Shown: positions 1 to 5,716 of the stretch, in pieces
Numbering within the stretch: position 1 is the stretch's first letter
How the letters are laid out: every line of letters starts with the position of its first letter
NCBI GenBank assembly: GCA_018304505.1
Contig: JAGVWA010000008.1
Location: 1-16,503, forward strand
Length of the DNA stretch: 16,503 nt
DNA from: Nanobdellati archaeon
Lineage (GTDB): Archaea; B1Sed10-29; JAGVWA01
Reading direction: 5' to 3'
Notes under the pieces: generated by a model
The model's database searches: none
What the model was told of the DNA's origin: nothing
What the model saw: only the letters and a program-made list of their open reading frames with translations
Position numbers and translations under genes: made by a program

Positions 1-91
1 TAAAGTAGCTTCCCGTTTGATGGTCTACTTCAAAATTAAGATGCGCGAGCGCCTTTACGAGTTTTTTTCCAGAAACCACTGGCAGTTTCAT
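1..91 (-). CDS. hicA: HicA-family toxin, N-terminal part (runs off the left window edge)
   Basis: Not in the ORF track. Manual translation from the ATG at 91 gives MKLPVVSGKKLVKALAHLNFEVDHQTGSYF..., which fits the HicA pattern (KLPxxSGxxLxKAL...GF...QxGSH) with Tyr at the His position. Confidence 0.8.
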   Translation of the reverse strand, partial: MKLPVVSGKKLVKALAHLNFEVDHQTGSYF

Positions 92-95
92 ACGC

Positions 96-365
96 TCACT
101 CGAGGCCTTCCAGACTTGGCAGGACAGCCTCTAACGTGGCCCCCTGATCAACCTGCCCGAGAATTGCGTTTCTGGTTTCCGCTGGGGCATTTGAGAATCT
201 GTCAATGTCCTGCTTGCCGATGATAACAAGGCCCCTGTGTTCAGGCGTTACGTCTTCTGGTTTGTCACCCCTACTAATGCGGGCAAACCTTACAAGCACT
301 TCTACCCCTGTCGTTATTGCCGCTTCCTGAAAATCCAAAATGTTGCCTACCCTAAACTCCCACAT
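96..365 (-). CDS. Small hypothetical protein (89 aa), paralog of 404-643
   Basis: Part of ORF 96..407. The likely start is the ATG at 365 (MWEFRVG...), preceded by a GGTGA ribosome-binding site. Confidence 0.7.
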   Translation of the reverse strand: MWEFRVGNILDFQEAAITTGVEVLVRFARISRGDKPEDVTPEHRGLVIIGKQDIDRFSNAPAETRNAILGQVDQGATLEAVLPSLEGLE

Positions 366-403
366 CGTATCACCTGCAATCTGCAATCGGTGTTTTTGTC
401 CAG

Positions 404-643
404 TCACTCGAAGTATCGTTCCTGGATGTCTTCTGTGGTGGCGCCGCTCCTGATTTCGTCCCAGAGGCTTGTGCGTTGCGCTCTATCCATTTCTCGATAG
501 CGCGCCTTGTCTTGTTCACCTATGAAGATCAGGCCCCTTTGGTTTTGGCCGCGCGAGTTGAACGACCCCTCAGTTATGTCAACGCCCTGCTTGTCTGCCT
601 GTGCCACGAATTCATCGAACGTGCCTACTATAACTTGCCACAC
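404..643 (-). CDS. Small hypothetical protein (79 aa), paralog of 96-365
   Basis: Part of ORF 404..712. The likely start is the GTG at 643 (MWQVIVG...), downstream of a BRE/TATA-like element, and it aligns with the paralog's start. Confidence 0.7.
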   Translation of the reverse strand: MWQVIVGTFDEFVAQADKQGVDITEGSFNSRGQNQRGLIFIGEQDKARYREMDRAQRTSLWDEIRSGATTEDIQERYFE

Positions 644-675
644 TGCTCTATCACAATAATAAATAATTCTTAGAC

Positions 676-692
676 CTTTATTAAGTTTTCGC
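676..692 (-). promoter_or_regulatory. Putative BRE/TATA promoter for the orphan-pair/hicA unit
   Basis: Minus strand reads GCGAAAACTTAATAAAG about 35 bp upstream of the GTG at 643. Confidence 0.45.
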
Positions 693-748
693 AAAAAAAA
701 TAGGATAAGCATGAGATGCCCGGGGGCAGGCAGCCCTATACTGCCTGC
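693..748 (-). terminator. Hairpin over the short TrmB stop codon, followed by a T-tract
   Basis: GCAGGCAG (726-733) pairs with CTGCCTGC (741-748); T8 run at 693-700 on the minus strand. Confidence 0.4.
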
Positions 749-1104
749 ACTTGTACTACTACTTGCCTTGCTTTTTCAGCTTCTGATTCGTACTGCCTTA
801 CCGTGTCGCGTTTTTTGCTGAGCAGCTTGTCGAGCACCTCGTCGAGTTTGGCACTGAACCGCTTTGGCCGCTGCAGCGTGCTTGACAGCAAATCCTTGTC
901 CTGCAGGCCATAAAGCACCTGGTACGTCTTGGTTATTGGAATGACGCCGTATTCTGATAGGTCCTGTGCTGTGCATTCCCCTGACTTGCAAACCAGTGCC
1001 AGCGCGTTGCTTTCATATCTCCTCAGTCCAAACTTTTCAAAGGTTCTAGTCAGGGACTCTATTTCATAGAAGTCCCATGTGTTTTTCCCCACAACATACT
1101 CCAT
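736..1104 (-). CDS. TrmB-family HTH regulator, DNA-binding domain only (122 aa)
   Basis: FGLRRYES...TAQDLS...IPITKTYQVLYGL...RPKRF is the TrmB wHTH signature; GGAGGTG ribosome-binding site upstream. Confidence 0.85.
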   Translation of the reverse strand: MEYVVGKNTWDFYEIESLTRTFEKFGLRRYESNALALVCKSGECTAQDLSEYGVIPITKTYQVLYGLQDKDLLSSTLQRPKRFSAKLDEVLDKLLSKKRDTVRQYESEAEKARQVVVQVQAV

Positions 1105-1228
1105 GGCTTTGACACCTCCGGGTGAGTTTCAACCACTGTTAGCGTACTTTGGTTTCCGGGGTTGTGTTATTAGTTCTGCCCATGGGCGTTTATATTCATT
1201 TTGCAACTTTTGTAACCGCACATGGTGG

Positions 1229-2122
1229 TTAATTCCTCAGTGCATTGCGATTTTGCGAAACTGCCACGATTTCTTGCTGTAACGTTTTAACCTTTGCTGG
1301 TTTTTCATGCATAACCTGCTGCGCTGATTTCCACAGCGCCTGGTCGAAGTATTCAATGTCCGCTTTTATGATGTTGGGCTCTGTAATGATGATACCCCCC
1401 TGCGCTTTCCCCGTGTGTGGGTTCTTGATGCTCCTGCCAACGCTCACGTCGTCCTGGATCACCATTGAATGATGAATTGATTCCTTTGGAATGCACCGCA
1501 TCGCAACGTTTTCATGCTCCGCAAGCTTTTTCCACAACGGCAATGCCCCAGAATAATTCAGCGGCGTTATGTCATCCGGCATTATAAACCTGACCTTCAC
1601 GCCCCTGCCTGCAGTTGCCTCAACAAGCCCTGCCAACTCTGGGTCACGGAGCGTGTCTTCCCAGGACCGATTTGCCATCATCCTCATCTCTGAGGTGGCT
1701 TCAATAAACGACCTCTTGAGGTGATTCCATATGTCGCTGCTGGAGTTGGCCCATATAACCGGCTTTTCGCGGTGCTTCTGGCCGTGGTAGTACATGTCAT
1801 TCAATGCCGCGACCTCTGTATTGAGCTCCTTCGCAAGCTGCTCTACCTGCCGTGATTTTTCCTCAATTATCCTGTCAACCATCTCACGTGGCCTTATAGG
1901 GCGATAGCGCTGCGGACGCTCGTTGTTCACAATAATTAGGTTCTTGCTGGCAAGGGCATCTAGGACTGCGTAGACCTTTGTAAGGGGTATGCGCGCAGAC
2001 GATGAGACGCGCTTTGCCGTCTGGTCGTGCGCAATGGTGATCGAGGTTAAGGCGCGCGTTTCGTAGTCTCCAAGGTTCAGCTTCTTAAGAAACCTGCCAA
2101 GACTAGGCTCGGGCTGGGGCAT
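1229..2122 (-). CDS. TrmB-family transcriptional regulator, full length (297 aa)
   Basis: LNLGDYETRA...TAKRVSSSARIPLTKVYAVLDAL...RPQRY, then a coiled coil and a C-terminal effector domain (RGVKVRFI, HHSMVIQD). Confidence 0.88.
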   Translation of the reverse strand: MPQPEPSLGRFLKKLNLGDYETRALTSITIAHDQTAKRVSSSARIPLTKVYAVLDALASKNLIIVNNERPQRYRPIRPREMVDRIIEEKSRQVEQLAKELNTEVAALNDMYYHGQKHREKPVIWANSSSDIWNHLKRSFIEATSEMRMMANRSWEDTLRDPELAGLVEATAGRGVKVRFIMPDDITPLNYSGALPLWKKLAEHENVAMRCIPKESIHHSMVIQDDVSVGRSIKNPHTGKAQGGIIITEPNIIKADIEYFDQALWKSAQQVMHEKPAKVKTLQQEIVAVSQNRNALRN

Positions 2123-2246
2123 GCATATATTTTCATGCGTTCTATTATATATACTTTACAATATTTTTTGCCACACTAACGTTAATATACTGGGCTTTCC
2201 TAAATACCCCAGGAAAATCCAGAAAAACAGAGATCGGGGAATCCAT

Positions 2247-2828
2247 GTGGGACACACACAGATAACAACAATAGCAAGAGACACCAAGGTTCTTGATAAA
2301 TCGCTAGACGAGATCGATACCGACCGGGTTGTCTTCGTCACGGAGAAAAAGGACTTGAAAAAGACCCTTGGCCTCCGGAATAGGTTTGCGCTAAAGCACA
2401 AGCTCCCGACAGAGACCAGAACAATACTTGACATGAACAAGGTCGCAGAGACAATAGCGCATTACGAGAACCCGGTTTTGCACATCATCGAACACCACTT
2501 CATTAACTACCCCCTGATGAATGCGGCATTTGTCCTCGGGATACCGGTTTTTGTTTCCAACGGCAGGGGGCTTGAAAAAATCACTGGCCTGGAGTTCAAG
2601 TTCAGGGACCTGCTGAGCGAAAACCAGCAGAAGATCATCTCGACGCTGGCTGAAAAGCAAATGTCGATTAAGCAGTTGGCCCACACGCTCGACATAGAGG
2701 AGCGCGTCATATTCTACTACCTGCACGGAAAACAGTCCCTGAAGGGTCTAGTCAACCTGGGCATTGTAACACAGGAAAACGATCTACTTAAGATAACGCC
2801 CGTGGGCAGAATGATCGCGTGCTCGTGA
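2247..2828 (+). CDS. CARF-like (Csa3/DUF6293-type) Rossmann domain plus wHTH regulator
   Basis: Likely GTG start at 2247. N-terminal DRVVFV...AAFVLGIPVF; C-terminal LSENQQKII...SIKQLAHTL...LKGLVNLGIV...ITPVGR wHTH. Divergently transcribed from the TrmB gene. Confidence 0.6.
   Translation: MGHTQITTIARDTKVLDKSLDEIDTDRVVFVTEKKDLKKTLGLRNRFALKHKLPTETRTILDMNKVAETIAHYENPVLHIIEHHFINYPLMNAAFVLGIPVFVSNGRGLEKITGLEFKFRDLLSENQQKIISTLAEKQMSIKQLAHTLDIEERVIFYYLHGKQSLKGLVNLGIVTQENDLLKITPVGRMIACS
2805..2828 (+). repeat. Direct repeat A, copy 1 (last 24 bp of the CARF-wHTH gene, including TGA)
   Basis: GGCAGAATGATCGCGTGCTCGTGA, identical to 4066-4089. Confidence 0.95.
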
Positions 2829-2838
2829 TGCACATAAT

Positions 2839-3384
2839 TCACAGGGTCGTTTTCGCTATATGCTGAATCAGCGTTTCCATTCTGTTCACAAAGGCCCCCG
2901 CATTTTTCAATAGCCGTTCTGCTGCATCTTTTCCTGTTTCCTCTGTTACACCATATTGCGCAGTTTCCCGCTGCCTTCTCGCATACCTCAATTTTTGAAC
3001 GTACTCCTCTTCAAGCTCTCTAGCTTGCTTCAATTTTTCCAAGAACTCTTTTTCTAATAGTTTCTTTCTTACAAAGAAGACCTCAAGAGCTATTATCGTT
3101 GCAGTATGATTGTCGCTTTTGTAACCAATTGACGCAAGCGCAGCCAATGCAGAATGATACATTGCATAATACGCCGTAATGACAACCCAATCAAAGGCCG
3201 AGAAATCCTCTGGCAGCCCCAAGATTTTCTTTGCATCTTCCTTGTTGCTCAAACCCCTAGCAGCATCGCTGAAGAGGAGGTTGTGCCTGGCTTTTTCCAT
3301 AAAATGGGGCGCAACCCTTTTTATGAAGGGGGTTTTTCCACATAGCCCTCTGTCTTCAAATTCCCTGAGTTTCTGCCTTGTCAT
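2839..3384 (-). CDS. HEPN domain protein (UPF0332/COG1895-like), putative toxin
   Basis: W...AYYAMYHSALAAL...S.NH...RETAQY motifs; 4-bp overlap with the MNT gene. Confidence 0.88.
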   Translation of the reverse strand: MTRQKLREFEDRGLCGKTPFIKRVAPHFMEKARHNLLFSDAARGLSNKEDAKKILGLPEDFSAFDWVVITAYYAMYHSALAALASIGYKSDNHTATIIALEVFFVRKKLLEKEFLEKLKQARELEEEYVQKLRYARRQRETAQYGVTEETGKDAAERLLKNAGAFVNRMETLIQHIAKTTL

Positions 3385-4010
3385 TTAATCGCCTCAAACA
3401 CTGTTGCGTAGTACTTTTCATAACCATAAAGGATGACAGCGTCGAGCAGTATTTCCTGAGCCACCATTGGTTTCTCCGACTTAAGCATGTTCTTAAATTC
3501 AGTAGCGGTTGTAATCAACGGCGCAATGTCCTTGCCGTACCTTTTTTCAACCCCCAAGCATACTCTTTCTACTTTCTCCCGCACCTCAAAATTAGAAATC
3601 ATAATGAGGAGATCAACATCACTGTGATCTGTCTCAGTCCCTTTTGCATAGCTGCCATATAATACAACTGAAAGTAATTCGTTGGGTATTGCTTTTTCTA
3701 AATCCCTTACAATCTCACCAAGCAGTTTTTGAACAACAACATCTTTTTTCAGGTACCCCTGCGCCCTATTCAGGCTTATTCTCTCAAGGACATTCCTTGC
3801 TAAATTGCTTTCCATGTTGAGGCCTATGTAAGAATAAGCGCCAACCCGCCCCTCCTTAAATGCACCCTCATTTATGAGATGATGCACATGCCTATAAACA
3901 GCATCATATGATAACTGTGTAAGCAAAGAGAGCTTCCGGATAGTGAATTTCTTCTTCAAATCCGGCAAAAACTGCTCGAAAATCCCATCAATGAATTCAA
4001 CCTTAACCAT
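3381..4010 (-). CDS. wHTH-fused minimal nucleotidyltransferase (MNT), putative antitoxin
   Basis: LYGSYAKGTETDHSDVDL (GSx10DxD); N-terminal TIRKLSLLTQLSYDAVYRHV HTH. Confidence 0.9.
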   Translation of the reverse strand: MVKVEFIDGIFEQFLPDLKKKFTIRKLSLLTQLSYDAVYRHVHHLINEGAFKEGRVGAYSYIGLNMESNLARNVLERISLNRAQGYLKKDVVVQKLLGEIVRDLEKAIPNELLSVVLYGSYAKGTETDHSDVDLLIMISNFEVREKVERVCLGVEKRYGKDIAPLITTATEFKNMLKSEKPMVAQEILLDAVILYGYEKYYATVFEAIK

Positions 4011-4018
4011 ACGATTTC

Positions 4019-4058
4019 ACGATAATATTATCGTTAAAACAGGTATATAAACTTATCG
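4019..4058 (-). promoter_or_regulatory. TATA box and palindromic operator of the MNT-HEPN operon
   Basis: Perfect palindrome ACGATAATATTATCGT (4019-4034) lies between TTTATATA (minus strand, about 4044-4051) and the ATG at 4010. Confidence 0.65.
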
Positions 4059-4065
4059 AAAGCAT

Positions 4066-4089
4066 GGCAGAATGATCGCGTGCTCGTGA
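4066..4089 (+). repeat. Direct repeat A, copy 2
   Basis: Identical to 2805-2828. Confidence 0.95.
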
Positions 4090-4136
4090 GGAAAGTTTTT
4101 TAAACTTTAATTACACAAAATATAACGTGTTTTTAC

Positions 4137-4514
4137 ATGTGGGCTGTTAATGACATAAGTTATGCCGAGGCGAGGAAACTTACCGTAGGCGCAGACGCAG
4201 GGCCGATTAGATTCAAGGGCTCTGAGACCCACCCACGGGGGTCTTATTATGTTGTTGGCGACCGCGTTATCAAGAGCGGCAAGGAGTCACTTGAGTTCAC
4301 AGGCCACGATGCGCGCAACATATTCTCGGCACTCAGGGGCACCACGTCGCAAGACATCGCCACCGCAAAGCGATTTCTAACACTGGCAAAAAATGGCGGT
4401 GACAAACTAGGGGGTATAGAAAAACTGGAAAGTAGGCTGGCTGCGCTTGAGGCACGAAGAGAAACAATGGAATTCTCTCATGCGAATCCCCAAACAAGGC
4501 TGGAGCACTTTTAA
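4137..4514 (+). CDS. Hypothetical protein (125 aa), possible distant paralog of the 96-643 pair
   Basis: ORF with an upstream GAAAGTTTTTTAAA BRE/TATA; shares the MW start, an RG-hydrophobic-G block and GTTSQDI. Confidence 0.65.
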   Translation: MWAVNDISYAEARKLTVGADAGPIRFKGSETHPRGSYYVVGDRVIKSGKESLEFTGHDARNIFSALRGTTSQDIATAKRFLTLAKNGGDKLGGIEKLESRLAALEARRETMEFSHANPQTRLEHF

Positions 4515-4550
4515 TAGCTTTCCAAAAGGTCTTTTTTTCGAGAGCGTCAA

Positions 4551-4570
4551 CAATGCCAAGCAGGGCATTG
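4551..4570. terminator. Hairpin between convergent genes
   Basis: CAATGCC (4551-4557) pairs with GGCATTG (4564-4570). Confidence 0.35.
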
Positions 4571-4629
4571 CTTTCACTTGCTTTCGCTTGCCTTAACTTA
4601 CAAACTTACTATAACCCAAACTGCTAAGG

Positions 4630-4773
4630 CTACTTCTTGCCCTGCTTCTTAGACCTGAGCTGGTCAGACCCACACTTTCTGCATTTCTTTACCGTCTTCG
4701 GGTTCCTGGCCTTGCATTTCCTGCAAACGGTCTTGTCAAACATCCTTGCCTTCAGTTCTGGAAATATTGGCAT
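4630..4773 (-). CDS. rpl40e: 50S ribosomal protein L40e (47 aa)
   Basis: Below the ORF-track cutoff. MPIFPELKARMFDKTVCRKCKARNPKTVKKCRKCGSDQLRSKKQGKK has the CxxCxARN...CRKCG...LR.K zinc ribbon; GAGGTG ribosome-binding site. Confidence 0.95.
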   Translation of the reverse strand: MPIFPELKARMFDKTVCRKCKARNPKTVKKCRKCGSDQLRSKKQGKK

Positions 4774-4819
4774 TTTCGCACCTCACATAAAATGAGCAAT
4801 AGCTTTTTGCTGATTTCTG

Positions 4820-4886
4820 GTATATAAATGAATGTGTCTACCATCGACCTTGAAGATGGACCCCTTAAATAGTCACATTTATATAC
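4820..4886. promoter_or_regulatory. Divergent TATA boxes for rpl40e and the tRNA-Glu/rpl41e/tRNA-Leu unit
   Basis: GTATATAAATG (4820-4830) and its exact inverse CATTTATATAC (4876-4886). Confidence 0.6.
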
Positions 4887-4942
4887 TGAAAAAGGGACAA
4901 AATCATTACGCTTTCTACAAAGCACGTCATCTTTATTGAGCC

Positions 4943-5081
4943 GTCCCGTTAGTCTAGTGGCCATCTGCTGCCTCTTCAATGAGGAGCGGCAGGCCAAAAG
5001 GATTCGGCCCTTTCATACTCACCCCCTCCGGGAGACGAGTGGAGAAAGGCTGAGACACGGGTTCAAATCCCGTACGGGGCA
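4943..5081 (+). tRNA. tRNA-Glu(UUC) with two introns: 4964-4998 (D-loop, 20b/21) and 5016-5046 (37/38)
   Basis: Acceptor stem GTCCCGT/ACGGGGC; T-arm ACGGG-TTCAAAT-CCCGT; anticodon stem CGGCC/GGCTG with TTC at 5012-5014; BHB-type motifs at both introns. Confidence 0.92.
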
Positions 5082-5112
5082 TAGGCACAAAAAAAACACA
5101 AATGGTGATCAA

Positions 5113-5220
5113 TTGAAAAGCAAGCCGCGAAGATGGAAAAAGAAAAACAACTCCCGCTGGAAGTGGGTCAAGAAGAAAATGCGGAAACGCAAACGCAAGG
5201 AAAAAATGAGAAAGAGATAA
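5113..5220 (+). CDS. rpl41e: Ribosomal protein L41e (35 aa, TTG start)
   Basis: MKSKPRRWKKKNNSRWKWVKKKMRKRKRKEKMRKR fits archaeal eL41 (RWKW..K..R); GGTGA ribosome-binding site at 5104-5108. Confidence 0.85.
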   Translation: MKSKPRRWKKKNNSRWKWVKKKMRKRKRKEKMRKR

Positions 5221-5250
5221 ATCTAGGCTTGCCGCTATTTCTCATTAATC

Positions 5251-5369
5251 GCAGGGGTGCCGGAGTTCGTCCACTCGCTGAACGCGGCGGGCGACCGGAC
5301 TGGTCAAACGGGATGGGCTTAGGACCCATTGGCTTAGTGCCTACGAGGGTTCAAACCCCTTCCCCTGCA
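5251..5369 (+). tRNA. tRNA-Leu(UAG) with a 35-nt non-canonical intron at 15/16 (5266-5300)
   Basis: Acceptor stem GCAGGGG/CCCCTGC-A; anticodon arm ATGGG-CTTAGGA-CCCAT; long variable arm; T-arm GAGGG-TTCAAAC-CCCTT. Removing the intron restores the D-loop AGTGGTCAA. Confidence 0.92.
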
Positions 5370-5493
5370 TCAGAGGGACTTCGTCCCTTCTATCCCTGAA
5401 GCACTGCACTCGCCTTCGGCGAGGCAGAGCAAAACAATTTTTGGTGCAGCTTTTTCATAAAAAGGTGCGTTCCCAAACCCCTTCCCCTGCATC
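5352..5493 (+). repeat. 20-bp direct repeat of the tRNA-Leu 3' end (5352-5371 and 5474-5493) flanking a 102-bp hairpin insert
   Basis: CAAACCCCTTCCCCTGCATC occurs twice. Confidence 0.9.
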
Positions 5494-5497
5494 CAGC

Positions 5498-5516
5498 TTT
5501 TTTGCGCGGCAAAAAA
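5498..5516 (+). terminator. T-tract/hairpin, probably the original tRNA-Leu terminator
   Basis: TTTTTTGC-GCG-GCAAAAAA just after the second repeat copy. Confidence 0.45.
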
Positions 5517-5716
5517 CCTGGGAAAAAAACGATCCGCACCGTTGCAAAGCAACGGGGCAGCGGTTCTATGGTACAACTTGTTACATGCTCTTTAGCACCT
5601 TAAAGTGCGAAACGAATTGCGGATATCGCCCGTTTGACAACGCAAGAATCGAGGAACGTGTGCCTCGTATTAAGCCATCGGGCATGCTTAATAACTAGAA
5701 AAAGCACAACCCATCC

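Larger units (their letters stand above)
2829..4065. mobile_element. Inserted wHTH-MNT/HEPN TA cassette bounded by 24-bp direct repeats
   Basis: Perfect flanking repeats; contains only a promoter and two genes; appears AT-richer than the core genes. Confidence 0.7.

Noticed and set aside
1400-1480. Active PLD nuclease in the TrmB C-terminal domain
   Set aside because: The HxKxxxxD motif is degenerate (HHSMVIQD), consistent with a non-catalytic effector domain.
2121-2246. N-terminal extension of ORF 2121..2828
   Set aside because: This is the AT-rich divergent promoter region and it overlaps the TrmB start codon; the GTG at 2247 is more plausible.
2247-4010. CRISPR-Cas locus suggested by the CARF-like and HEPN genes
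   Set aside because: No repeat-spacer array or cas genes; the HEPN gene is coupled to an MNT as in ordinary TA pairs.
4568-4591. Short tandem repeat TTGCTTTCAC-TTGCTTTCGC-TTGC
   Set aside because: Only about 2.4 units of 10 bp; too short to support a function.
4936-5112. N-terminal part of the 94-aa ORF 4936..5220
   Set aside because: It overlaps tRNA-Glu. Only 5113-5220 (eL41, with its own ribosome-binding site) is credible.
5374-5423. DGR-type hairpin with a GAA loop
   Set aside because: No reverse transcriptase and no template/variable repeat pair with adenine-specific mismatches.
5133-5698. ORFs 5133..5399, 5370..5576 and 5441..5698
   Set aside because: They overlap rpl41e, tRNA-Leu or the hairpin region and show no protein-like motifs. 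The shared QTPSPAS peptide is just the DNA repeat.
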